Shown here: positions 55,638-64,000 of the stretch, piece after piece
How the letters are laid out: each line of letters starts with the position of its first letter
Position numbering within the stretch: position 1 is the stretch's first letter
Source of the DNA: an uncultured Chitinophagaceae bacterium
Lineage (GTDB): Bacteria; Bacteroidota; Bacteroidia; Chitinophagales; Chitinophagaceae
Direction of reading: 5' to 3'
Assembly (NCBI GenBank): GCA_903884185.1
Contig: CAISDV010000171.1
Span: forward strand, 1,729 to 65,728
Length of the DNA stretch: 64,000 bases
The notes under the pieces: generated by a model
Told to the model about the DNA's origin: nothing
The model's database searches: none
Seen by the model: the letters and a program-made list of their open reading frames with translations, nothing else
Translations under genes and position numbers: made by a program

Positions 55638-57161
55638 ATGGAATTCCTTCAATCTTTAGGCATTAAAAAAAACAACCCCGGCTCATCAACGGGTACACAA
55701 TGGCTCGAAAGCCAGGGTGCAGAATTAGCAAGCCACTCACCTGTTGACGGCAAGCTCATAGGCTCAGTAGTTTGCGCCGATAAACGATCATATGAACTGG
55801 CAATTGCAAAAGCGCAGGAAGCTTTTATTGAATGGAGAAAATGGCCGGCGCCTAAACGCGGCGAGATCGTGCGGCAGGTGGGCGAGGCATTACGCGCGCA
55901 TAAAGAACCACTCGGAAAATTAGTGAGTTATGAAATGGGAAAGAGTTTGCAGGAAGGTTATGGCGAAGTGCAGGAGATGATAGATATCTGCGATTTTGCT
56001 GTTGGGCTTTCCCGCCAGTTATATGGATTAACGATGCACAGCGAAAGGCCTATGCATCGCATGTATGAACAATGGCATCCGCTTGGCATCGTTGGAATTA
56101 TCTCTGCTTTTAATTTCCCGGTGGCGGTATGGAGCTGGAACGCTGCACTTGCCTGGGTTTGCGGAAATGTATGCATTTGGAAACCGAGTGAAAAAACACC
56201 TCTCTGCGGAATTGCTGTTCAAAATATTGTTGCCGAAGTGTTTAGAAAGAATCATGTTCCCGAAGGAGTGAATGGTTTGATAGAAGGTGGCCGTGAAGTA
56301 GGCGAATGGCTGAGTCATGATACGCGTATACCACTTATTTCTGCAACGGGTTCTACAAGAATGGGCAAAGCCATCAGCGCCGCAACAGGTGCCAGGCTGG
56401 GGAAAAGCATACTTGAACTGGGCGGTAATAATGCCATCATCATTTCAAAGGAGGCAGACCTGGATATTGCATTGATCGGTTGTTTGTTTGGTGCGGTAGG
56501 AACTGCCGGCCAGCGCTGCACTACCACAAGAAGGCTGATCATTCATACAGATGTGTACGATGCATTCAAACAAAAATTAGTGAAAGCATACCAGCAGCTC
56601 AGCATAGGCGATCCATTAAATAGCAAAAATCATGTGGGCCCATTGATAGATACAGATGCGGTAAAGATGTACCTCTCCTCTATCGATCAATGTAAAAAAC
56701 AAGGCGGGCATTTTATTGTGGAGGGAGGTGTGCTGGAAGGTGCCGGTTATGAAAGCGGTTGTTATGTACAACCCTGCATTGCCGAAGTAAAAAATGAAAT
56801 GCAGATCGTACAGCATGAAACATTCGCTCCTATTTTATATTTGATGCAATATACTACACTGGATGAGGCCATTGCTTTACAGAATGGTGTTCCGCAGGGA
56901 TTATCGTCTTCTATCATGACATTGAACATGCGCGAAGCGGAGCAATTTCTTTCACATGCCGGAAGCGATTGCGGCATCGCGAATGTAAATATAGGTACCA
57001 GCGGGGCTGAGATCGGTGGTGCTTTTGGCGGAGAAAAAGAAACTGGCGGCGGGCGCGAGAGTGGCAGCGATGCATGGAAAGCCTATATGCGCAGGCAAAC
57101 AAATACTATTAACTGGAGTACGCAATTGCCGCTTGCTCAGGGAATTGAATTTAATTTATAG
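55638..57161 (+). CDS. aldehyde dehydrogenase, ALDH7/piperideine-6-carboxylate dehydrogenase-like
   Basis: 507 aa; ELGGNNAII, GTAGQRCTTTRR (catalytic Cys), N-terminal LGI..NNPG pattern seen in alpha-aminoadipic semialdehyde dehydrogenases. Confidence 0.8.
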   Translation: MEFLQSLGIKKNNPGSSTGTQWLESQGAELASHSPVDGKLIGSVVCADKRSYELAIAKAQEAFIEWRKWPAPKRGEIVRQVGEALRAHKEPLGKLVSYEMGKSLQEGYGEVQEMIDICDFAVGLSRQLYGLTMHSERPMHRMYEQWHPLGIVGIISAFNFPVAVWSWNAALAWVCGNVCIWKPSEKTPLCGIAVQNIVAEVFRKNHVPEGVNGLIEGGREVGEWLSHDTRIPLISATGSTRMGKAISAATGARLGKSILELGGNNAIIISKEADLDIALIGCLFGAVGTAGQRCTTTRRLIIHTDVYDAFKQKLVKAYQQLSIGDPLNSKNHVGPLIDTDAVKMYLSSIDQCKKQGGHFIVEGGVLEGAGYESGCYVQPCIAEVKNEMQIVQHETFAPILYLMQYTTLDEAIALQNGVPQGLSSSIMTLNMREAEQFLSHAGSDCGIANVNIGTSGAEIGGAFGGEKETGGGRESGSDAWKAYMRRQTNTINWSTQLPLAQGIEFNL

Positions 57162-57167
57162 ATTATT

Positions 57168-57241
57168 GCCACAGAAACACAGAGGCACAGAAGAGAGAAG
57201 GAATGATTGAACTATTTTCTGTGTTTCTGTGCCTCTGTGGC
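57168..57241. repeat. word-hairpin, family b
   Basis: gccacagaaacacagaggcacagaag ... ttctgtgtttctgtgcctctgtggc; starts 7 nt after the ALDH stop. Confidence 0.85.
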
Positions 57242-57291
57242 AGCCTTTTAAAATTGCAAAAAACATTTTATAATTAATAAAAAATACAAAT

Positions 57292-57621
57292 ATGCCATTA
57301 GTAGAACTCGACAATATCCCTACAAAAGAAATTGGAACAGGTTACCAGGCAAGGTTCATACATACCGGCCGCATGACCATATCCTATTTACTGGATGTAA
57401 AAGCAGGAAGCACTTTCCCCGAACATTCACACATGCATGAACAGGTAGCACAGGTGCTGGAAGGAAAATTTGAATTGACGGTGGGTGGAGAAAAATTGTT
57501 ACTGGAACCAGGCAAAGTGGCGGTAGTGCCATCCAATGTATTGCATTCAGGTGTTGCTATCACCGATTGCAAACTAATGGATGTGTTTTCGCCGGAGAGA
57601 GAAGATTATAAAATGAAGTAG
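57292..57621 (+). CDS. cupin domain protein
   Basis: 109 aa; [20 protein letters not shown] ... VPSNVLHSG cupin metal motifs. Confidence 0.75.
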   Translation: MPLVELDNIPTKEIGTGYQARFIHTGRMTISYLLDVKAGSTFPEHSHMHEQVAQVLEGKFELTVGGEKLLLEPGKVAVVPSNVLHSGVAITDCKLMDVFSPEREDYKMK

Positions 57622-57622
57622 A

Positions 57623-57701
57623 TTTCACGCAAAGACGCCAAGTTAAAAAAGGCGCCAAGTTGTTTCCGATTTTTTTTGCTCCTTTGTCTCTTTGCGTGAA
57701 A
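57623..57701. repeat. word-hairpin, family d, complete
   Basis: tttcacgcaaagacgccaag ... ctcctttgtctctttgcgtgaaa; starts 2 nt after the cupin stop. Confidence 0.85.
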
Positions 57702-57766
57702 CAGATTTAACTGATCAAATAATGTTGGGTCAGTAAAAATTTGTAAGTTTGTCTATTACAAAAAAT

Positions 57767-57997
57767 ATGCGGACTCTTAACGTTTCCATATCTGATCTTG
57801 AATACACCAAATTCGGTTTGCATACCGACAAATTCCCCTTTTCTGACCTTGTTGAAATTATCAGCAAGGAACTTTCCCGACAGGCTTTAAATGATTGTGT
57901 TCAGCTTGCTGAAAAACACGGCCTTTCAGGAATGTCTATGGAAGATATTTCCAAAGAAGTAAAAGCGGTGAGGGAAAATGCAAAAAATAATCATTGA
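57767..57997 (+). CDS. putative antitoxin of PIN-family TA pair
   Basis: Trimmed from TTG to ATG 57767 (MRTLNVSISDLEYTKFGL...); 76 aa; overlaps the toxin gene by 20 nt. Confidence 0.55.
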   Translation: MRTLNVSISDLEYTKFGLHTDKFPFSDLVEIISKELSRQALNDCVQLAEKHGLSGMSMEDISKEVKAVRENAKNNH

Positions 57998-58397
57998 TAC
58001 GAATGTTTTCGTTTCAGCAATAATACAGCGTGGTTTTTCGCATTATATCGTTGCTGAATTATTTTCCACAAGCAATATTGAGCTTTGTGTCTCTTTTGAG
58101 CTCTTTAAGGAATATTATGATGTTTTGAATCGGGGAAGATTCGCAAAATACCCTGACTTTGTTTCAAAGTCGAAAGTATTACTTGCTGGTATTGAGAAGA
58201 AGGCGATGAAATATTTTCCAACTGTAAGACTTGATATCATTAGTGACCGGGATGACAACAAATTATTAGAACTTGCAGAAACTTGTCGCGCCCAATATTT
58301 AATTACTGGAAACACTAAAGATTTTACGATGCCGATTTATAAAGGAACAAAAATTGTAACGCCAAAAGAATATTGGACAAAGCACATTTTTCTATAA
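57978..58397 (+). CDS. PIN-family toxin component (TIGR00305-like)
   Basis: 139 aa; IIIDTNVFVSAI ... DRDDNKLLELA ... YLITGNTKDF. Confidence 0.75.
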   Translation: MQKIIIDTNVFVSAIIQRGFSHYIVAELFSTSNIELCVSFELFKEYYDVLNRGRFAKYPDFVSKSKVLLAGIEKKAMKYFPTVRLDIISDRDDNKLLELAETCRAQYLITGNTKDFTMPIYKGTKIVTPKEYWTKHIFL

Positions 58398-58418
58398 AGA
58401 CTTTCTAATAAATCAATC

Positions 58419-59207
58419 ATGAACCTCAACTTATCCAATAAAACAGCCATCGTCTGCGGCGGCTCACAGGGACTGGGATTAGCATCTGCCATTGAATTGT
58501 CATTACTCGGTGCTAATGTTATTCTCGTTTCCCGCAATAAAGAAAAATTAGAAGCAGCCCTCACCCAATTGGATACTTCCAAAGGACAACAGCATGGTTT
58601 TCTAACAGCTGATTTTTCAGAACCGGCACAGGTAAAAGAAATGATAGAAGCTTTTCTGCAAAAAGGTAAATCAATCCATATCCTTATTAATAATACCGGT
58701 GGCCCCGCAGGCGGAAATATTCTTGACGCAGAAACGGCTTCCTTTGAAAAAGCATTTCAGATGCATATCGTCTGCAATCAAGTATTGGTACAAGCCACCT
58801 CTCCCGGCATGAAAAAAGAAGGCTATGGCCGCATCATCAATATCATTTCAACATCTGTCAAGCAACCCATCGATGGGCTCGGTGTTTCCAATACCATTCG
58901 TGGCGCTGTTGCCAGCTGGTCAAAGACCCTGGCCAATGAACTGGGTGCGTTTGGTATTACTGTTAACAATGTATTACCGGGTTTTACAGAAACAGAGAGA
59001 CTGGATTATGTATTGGGACAAAAAGCATTAAAAACGGGCACTGAACTAAAGGAAGAAAAAGAAAAAGCAGCTGCATCTATTCCTGCACGCCGGCTGGGTT
59101 TGCCGCATGAATTCGGCGCGGTTGTTGCATTTTTATGTTCTCCCGCCGCTTCTTATGTCAACGGTATTAACCTGCCGGTGGACGGGGGCAAATTATCCTG
59201 CCTGTAG
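58419..59207 (+). CDS. SDR family oxidoreductase
   Basis: 262 aa; AIVCGGSQGLG, NNTG, S...AVASWSK variant of YxxxK region, PG motif. Confidence 0.8.
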   Translation: MNLNLSNKTAIVCGGSQGLGLASAIELSLLGANVILVSRNKEKLEAALTQLDTSKGQQHGFLTADFSEPAQVKEMIEAFLQKGKSIHILINNTGGPAGGNILDAETASFEKAFQMHIVCNQVLVQATSPGMKKEGYGRIINIISTSVKQPIDGLGVSNTIRGAVASWSKTLANELGAFGITVNNVLPGFTETERLDYVLGQKALKTGTELKEEKEKAAASIPARRLGLPHEFGAVVAFLCSPAASYVNGINLPVDGGKLSCL

Positions 59208-59274
59208 AACCTAACAATTTCATAAAAAAGTGCAGGCGGTTCTGTAATATCAGTATCATTTCACAAATTTGTGT

Positions 59275-60984
59275 ATGCACAATTTTATTCCTTCTTTCCG
59301 GCGCCACATCCTTCTTTTCATAACAGTATGGATGCTTTCTTTTTCGTTGGTTACTGCGCAAACCGCTCCCAAAGGCTGGCATTTATTAAGCCCTGCCAAA
59401 GATTCTTTTTTTGGTATCAATCTCGACAAAGCTTATACCTTCTTAAAAAGCAAGGATAAAAAATCAAAACCTGTGATCGTAGCGATAATAGATTCAGGTG
59501 TTGATACCACACATGAGGATTTGAAAGGTGTTTTCTGGCGCAACCCCAAAGAAATACCGGGCAATGGCATTGATGACGACGGCGATGGTTATATAGATGA
59601 TGTATATGGTTGGAATTTTATTGGTGGAAAAGATGGTGCCAACTTTAAAAAATCCGGTGCCGAGAATATGCGGGTGTACAATCGTTTTAAAGAACGGTTT
59701 TTTGGAAAGCCAATTGATACAACCCTGTTGAGCAAAGACGAAAAATATCTTTATAGTACCTGGCTGAGAGCATCAAATGACCTGAACATGAGTAATGAAG
59801 AGCAGATGCAGGTGGCATATCTTGAAGTAACAGGCAAAGCATTGAAACGCCATGATAAAGTGATTCGCGAAGAAATGAGCAAGGAAGAATATACGCCAGA
59901 GCAACTCGAAAAGTTTGAACCCAGGACCAAACAAGGAAGGGAAGCAAAATATGGCTACCTCACTCTTAGCAAAATGCTGGGAATAGAACCCGATGAAAAA
60001 AACTCAAGCACACTCTCACAGATCGATGAATATGTTGAGGGAAAAAAAGAAGCCATGGAGGCAAATGACAAGCCTTATCATGACTACCGTGCTGATATCA
60101 TCCGCGATGATTACAATAATATAAACGATAAATTTTATGGCAATGGCGATGTGATGGGCCCCGGCCCTGTGCATGGCACGCATGTAACAGGTATCATTGC
60201 TGCCAACCGCAATAATGGCATTGGCATGAACGGTGTTGCGGATAATGTACAGATCATGATGATACGCGCAGTGCCCGATGGAGATGAATATGATAAGGAC
60301 ATAGCCCTGGGTATCTTTTTTGCAGTAGACCATGGCGCAAAAGTGATCAACATGAGTTTTGGAAAATATTTTTCGCCTGAGAAGAAATGGGTGGACAGTG
60401 CGATACGTTATGCAGAAATGAAAGATGTGCTCATTGTTCATGCAGCAGGAAATGAATCAACCAATCTTGATGAAAAAGAAGGTTTTCCCAGTCCTTATTT
60501 TTTAAACTCCGGTGGAGAAGCATCTAATTTTATTTCTGTTGGTGCCAGTAGTGACCCATCTATCAATGGCAGCCTGGTGGCCGATTTCAGTAATTATGGA
60601 AAGAAGAGCGTGGATGTATTTGCACCCGGTGTAAAAATATATTCTACTATCCCTCACGGCAACCAGTACAGCAATCTGCAGGGAACCAGTATGGCGGCAC
60701 CCATTGTTAGCGGCGTTGCAGCATTGATACGCTCTTATTTTCCTGATCTGTCTGCACAGCAGGTTATAGAAGCGATCGAAGGGTCTGTTTCCGTTCCTGA
60801 TTCTACCGTGAAAGTGTTAAAGCCTGGTACAAAAGAAGTGGTGCCTTTCAGCAGCCTGAGTAAAAGCGGCGGTATCGTAGATGCCGGTGGTGCGGTGGAA
60901 CTTGCTTATAGAATGCAAGCCGCGAAAAAAAGTAACGATAAGCTACCCAAATCCAGTTTTAAAAACATAAATCCCAACCAATAA
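59275..60984 (+). CDS. S8 family serine peptidase (subtilisin-like), secreted
   Basis: Trimmed from TTG 59269 to ATG 59275; catalytic triad motifs AIIDSGVD, HGTHVTGIIAA, GTSMAAPIVSG. Confidence 0.85.
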   Translation: MHNFIPSFRRHILLFITVWMLSFSLVTAQTAPKGWHLLSPAKDSFFGINLDKAYTFLKSKDKKSKPVIVAIIDSGVDTTHEDLKGVFWRNPKEIPGNGIDDDGDGYIDDVYGWNFIGGKDGANFKKSGAENMRVYNRFKERFFGKPIDTTLLSKDEKYLYSTWLRASNDLNMSNEEQMQVAYLEVTGKALKRHDKVIREEMSKEEYTPEQLEKFEPRTKQGREAKYGYLTLSKMLGIEPDEKNSSTLSQIDEYVEGKKEAMEANDKPYHDYRADIIRDDYNNINDKFYGNGDVMGPGPVHGTHVTGIIAANRNNGIGMNGVADNVQIMMIRAVPDGDEYDKDIALGIFFAVDHGAKVINMSFGKYFSPEKKWVDSAIRYAEMKDVLIVHAAGNESTNLDEKEGFPSPYFLNSGGEASNFISVGASSDPSINGSLVADFSNYGKKSVDVFAPGVKIYSTIPHGNQYSNLQGTSMAAPIVSGVAALIRSYFPDLSAQQVIEAIEGSVSVPDSTVKVLKPGTKEVVPFSSLSKSGGIVDAGGAVELAYRMQAAKKSNDKLPKSSFKNINPNQ

Positions 60985-61493
60985 TGGCAAGGCCCCAACC
61001 CGGAGAATATGCTGAATATTACCAGCGTTATATTGATAAAGCAGAAGGAGCAGATATCAATGCAGTAATGGCAAAATATTCTAACGACCTGAATCATTTC
61101 GTGAATAACCTGCCCGCTTCCAAAGCTGAACACAAGTATGCAGAAGATAAATGGACTGTCAAAGATCTTCTGCAGCATATCATTGATGCCGAAAGGATAT
61201 TCACTTACCGTGCTTTGCGTTTTGCAAGAAAAGATCAAACGCTCCTTCCAGGTTTTGAAGAAAACGATTATGCTGCCAATGCCAATACAAGTGCAAGAAG
61301 TTTGCAGGAACTTAAAGATGAGTTTGTTGCAGTAAGAAAATCAACAGATCTTTTTCTTTCTTCCTTAAATGAGGAACAGTTACAGCAAACGGGAAAGGCA
61401 AATAATCATTCCATTACTGTAAATGCTATTGCGTTTATCATATTCGGTCATATTATTCATCATAAGGGGGTTTTGGAAGAGAGATATTTGTAG
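60984..61493 (+). CDS. DinB family protein
   Basis: 169 aa; DinB_2-like pattern WTVKDLLQHIIDAERIF ... FGHIIHHKG; start overlaps the peptidase stop (TAATG). Confidence 0.8.
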   Translation: MARPQPGEYAEYYQRYIDKAEGADINAVMAKYSNDLNHFVNNLPASKAEHKYAEDKWTVKDLLQHIIDAERIFTYRALRFARKDQTLLPGFEENDYAANANTSARSLQELKDEFVAVRKSTDLFLSSLNEEQLQQTGKANNHSITVNAIAFIIFGHIIHHKGVLEERYL

Positions 61494-61501
61494 TACGTAT
61501 T

Positions 61502-61527
61502 GCCACAGAGGCACAGAAACACAGAGG
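61502..61527. repeat. family b arm, left half of split hairpin
   Basis: gccacagaggcacagaaacacagagg, perfect reverse complement of 62080-62105. Confidence 0.9.
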
Positions 61528-61548
61528 ACATCATTTCGTTTCCAAATA

Positions 61549-62067
61549 ATGAGACAATTTGTAATACTCATTTTGACATTATTTTTTGTCAGTTCTTACG
61601 GACAGACAAAACCTATTATTTTTAAGACGACGGATTTTATTAACGGGAGTTTTTATCGTGATGTTTATGATACAATTCATATGAAGAATGAAAAGATTGA
61701 CATTTATTTTTTAAATGCAATTTTTTTAGAACCACGTCATTTACCGCCCAATTTAATCGATAAAAAATATAAAAATGAAACAATAAAAATCTGGAACGAT
61801 AACGAACATCGACTATGGATAAATACTTATACATATGATAGTTTATCCCGAATAACGGATTTTACATATTCAAGTTGCACGATTTGTTCAAGTATGGCTT
61901 ATGAATATAAAGTCATATATAACTCTGCCGGGCAAGTTGAAAAGATCTACAACATTGGGGTTATGAAAGATAAATACAAATTTTATTACAACAACAAAGG
62001 CAATATTCAGAGGTTGGAAAAATACAATTTCGATGACTTAAATTTAAGGATATCATTGGTTGATTAG
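61549..62067 (+). CDS. hypothetical secreted protein (AT-rich orphan inside split hairpin)
   Basis: Track ORF 61423.. trimmed to ATG 61549 (MRQFVILILTLFFVSSYGQ signal peptide); 172 aa; lies entirely between 26-bp perfect inverted repeats. Confidence 0.55.
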   Translation: MRQFVILILTLFFVSSYGQTKPIIFKTTDFINGSFYRDVYDTIHMKNEKIDIYFLNAIFLEPRHLPPNLIDKKYKNETIKIWNDNEHRLWINTYTYDSLSRITDFTYSSCTICSSMAYEYKVIYNSAGQVEKIYNIGVMKDKYKFYYNNKGNIQRLEKYNFDDLNLRISLVD

Positions 62068-62079
62068 CTGTTTACAATC

Positions 62080-62105
62080 CCTCTGTGTTTCTGTGCCTCT
62101 GTGGC
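62080..62105. repeat. family b arm, right half of split hairpin
   Basis: cctctgtgtttctgtgcctctgtggc; identical to the right arms at 36970-94 and 57217-41. Confidence 0.9.
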
Positions 62106-62111
62106 TAAAAA

Positions 62112-62930
62112 CTAATAATCATACTTATAAAAATCACAAAATTCCTCATCACACAACAATCTTTTATAAACAGGATTCGCAAGCACTTCTGTATAATCCA
62201 TTTCTTTTCCATCCACCCATACTTTTTTATACACCAGCCGGATGCCGTGGCTATAATCTACCCACCAGTTGATATGCCCTATGTATAAAGGTTGTATCGC
62301 TTTGCCATCCAGCTTATGCCATCCGTAAATAGCTTCATGCCCGGGTTTGGGATATCTTGAAACGCCACCGGAGAGCACCACATCTTTTTTTATTCCTGCT
62401 ATCAATCCTTTACGGAGTTTTCTTTGTCCTTCTACTATTAAATGATGCTGCCACATGGTAATGCTGCTGTCGCGGAAAGCATACATTGGCACCGGCTCTA
62501 ATTTTACTACCGCCTGCAGGTAAATATCATCCACCATTTTTCTTGTTGGAAGAAAACAGCCAAATGCATCTGCTATCTTCTGCGCTGCCATTGGTGTCAT
62601 TGGCACCCTGGCCCAGTCATCATTAGTACCAATACTTAAATAATCAGGTGCTACAAAATAATATGCTTTGATGGTCTTTCCAGTTGAAGAATCAACCATA
62701 GAAATATTGATGCGCACAAATTTTTGCAGGAAAGAAGGGATATTGCCCGATAAAATTTCCTTCACTGTCAAAGAATCCCTCTCTTTCCATTTCCAGGCAA
62801 CTGCAGTTTTGAAGAATTGATTACCACCCATTCGTGTGGCAGGTGCTTCGGGCACAGCAAGATGATACGATTTTTGTGCCTCGCCTATATTAAAAGCAAA
62901 CAACAGGCAGAGTGAGAGGATATATTTCAT
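62112..62930 (-). CDS. hypothetical secreted protein
   Basis: 272 aa, signal peptide, normal composition, no domain I can name. Confidence 0.65.
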   Translation of the reverse strand: MKYILSLCLLFAFNIGEAQKSYHLAVPEAPATRMGGNQFFKTAVAWKWKERDSLTVKEILSGNIPSFLQKFVRINISMVDSSTGKTIKAYYFVAPDYLSIGTNDDWARVPMTPMAAQKIADAFGCFLPTRKMVDDIYLQAVVKLEPVPMYAFRDSSITMWQHHLIVEGQRKLRKGLIAGIKKDVVLSGGVSRYPKPGHEAIYGWHKLDGKAIQPLYIGHINWWVDYSHGIRLVYKKVWVDGKEMDYTEVLANPVYKRLLCDEEFCDFYKYDY

Positions 62931-62998
62931 TCACACAAGGTAATAAAAAACCCTACTTCGGAAGAAGCAGGGCTTATAACAAATATGTTTTGTGTTAT

Positions 62999-63559
62999 TT
63001 ATTTAGCAGCTACCAATGTTACATTTATTGCAACATCATTATTTACCCTTCCTGGTCCCCAGGTAATTCCTACAAGGGTTCTGTCGATATTGAAGGTTGC
63101 TGTTGCAGAAAATTTCTTGTCGTCAGCACCCGTAATGGTAGAACTGAATTTTACAGGGGCACTCACTCCTTTCAAAGTAAGTTTACCTGCGATATCTGCA
63201 GCAGTTGCAGAGGTATAAGTAACGCCTGTAATTTCAAAAGTGGCCTGTGCAAATGTTTCCACTTCAAAAAAATCTTTTGTCTTTAAATGGGTTGTCAAAC
63301 CATCTGCATCAGCTTTCAGGTTAGTGAGGTCAATAATGAATGTTCCGCCGGTGAGTTTACCACCGTCAACATTCAATTGTCCGCTTTTTAATGGAAAAGT
63401 GCCTGAATGAGGTCCGCCTGCATTGGCAGCTTTCCATTCTATCTTACTTGCATCTGTAGACACAGTATAAACAGCAGCTTTTTTAGAGGTTACAGAAACA
63501 AACGCATACATGCTTACCAAAGCAACAGCGCCAAGGATCACGGGGAGGACTCTTTTCAT
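62999..63559 (-). CDS. YceI family protein
   Basis: 186 aa; signal peptide; KIEWKAANAGGPHSGTFPLKSGQL..., beta-barrel lipid-binding pattern. Confidence 0.8.
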   Translation of the reverse strand: MKRVLPVILGAVALVSMYAFVSVTSKKAAVYTVSTDASKIEWKAANAGGPHSGTFPLKSGQLNVDGGKLTGGTFIIDLTNLKADADGLTTHLKTKDFFEVETFAQATFEITGVTYTSATAADIAGKLTLKGVSAPVKFSSTITGADDKKFSATATFNIDRTLVGITWGPGRVNNDVAINVTLVAAK

Positions 63560-63733
63560 AAAATGATTGTTATTTATTAATAATGTGAGGGTTAAAAGTA
63601 ACCAAATAAGCGTTTCAACAGTAATCGCTCATCATATTTTCCCTATTTCAAAAATTTGGGAGGGCGTTTTGCCCCTCAATTTAGCCTGTTTTCAAAGACA
63701 GTTTCTCTTATCTTCGCCCTTTAAATCTGAGCC

Positions 63734-64000
63734 ATGAACTTACATGAATACCAGTCGAAGGAATTACTAAAAAAATACAATGTACAAGTGCAGGAAGGCA
63801 TTGCTGTTGATACCGTGATGGCTGCAGAAGAAGCCTACCGCCGGCTGAAGACCCAGACGCATAACAATTTTGCTGTTATCAAGGCGCAGATACACGCAGG
63901 TGGCCGCGGCAAAGGCAAGATCGTGGGAAGCGAACAACGCGGAGTGGCCGTGGGCAAAAGCCTGGAAGATATCAGCACTATTGCAAAAAATATTCTCGGA
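63734..64000 (+). CDS. sucC: succinate--CoA ligase beta subunit (partial, N-terminal part)
   Basis: My translation from ATG 63734: MNLHEYQSKELLKKYNVQVQEG...VIKAQIHAGGRGKGK; runs off the right edge. Confidence 0.9.
   Translation, partial: MNLHEYQSKELLKKYNVQVQEGIAVDTVMAAEEAYRRLKTQTHNNFAVIKAQIHAGGRGKGKIVGSEQRGVAVGKSLEDISTIAKNILG

Overview
The window looks like 64 kb of Bacteroidota chromosome, Chitinophagaceae-like judging by gene content (CarboxypepD_reg-type TonB receptors, GSCFA, DUF2911, DUF5686, LytTR two-component pair). This attribution is from recognition only, since no searches were run. It is densely packed with about 64 CDS, mostly housekeeping: citrate synthase, tgt, rsmG, rsmI, purS, purC, pssA, lepB, cdd, pdhB, metK, rlmB, ppk1-ppx, bioF, miaE, trhO and sucC. 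Four type II toxin-antitoxin pairs are scattered among them (VapC/DUF2281, MazEF, HigBA, PIN/antitoxin). I found no rRNA, tRNA, CRISPR array, transposase or integrase.

The unusual content is non-genic.

(1) A 27-nt GC-rich palindromic mini-element sits IN FRAME inside three conserved genes. It occurs as 4 tandem copies in trhO, an inverted pair in bioF and a single copy in a GSCFA gene. A fourth site is nested inside an intergenic repeat, and an uninterrupted copy of that repeat elsewhere in the window supplies an empty-site comparison. This resembles the Rickettsia palindromic elements and is my top candidate for something undescribed in this lineage.

(2) Several families of long imperfect hairpins built from shuffled 7-8-nt words start a few nt after stop codons. 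In one case a perfect 26-bp arm pair has been split by a 552-bp AT-rich segment carrying an orphan ORF. In another, a half-hairpin replaces the 5' end of a large MG2-like gene.

(3) Short 7-8-nt periodic stutter tracts fill many intergenic regions.

(4) Other observations: tandem paralogs with a near-identical N-terminal block, a DNA-binding-domain-less sigma-54 activator with a GSFTSA loop, candidate operators, and a 131-bp nested palindrome.

All product calls rest on motif recognition from the supplied translations. Start codons were checked by eye and several were moved off TTG/GTG track starts.
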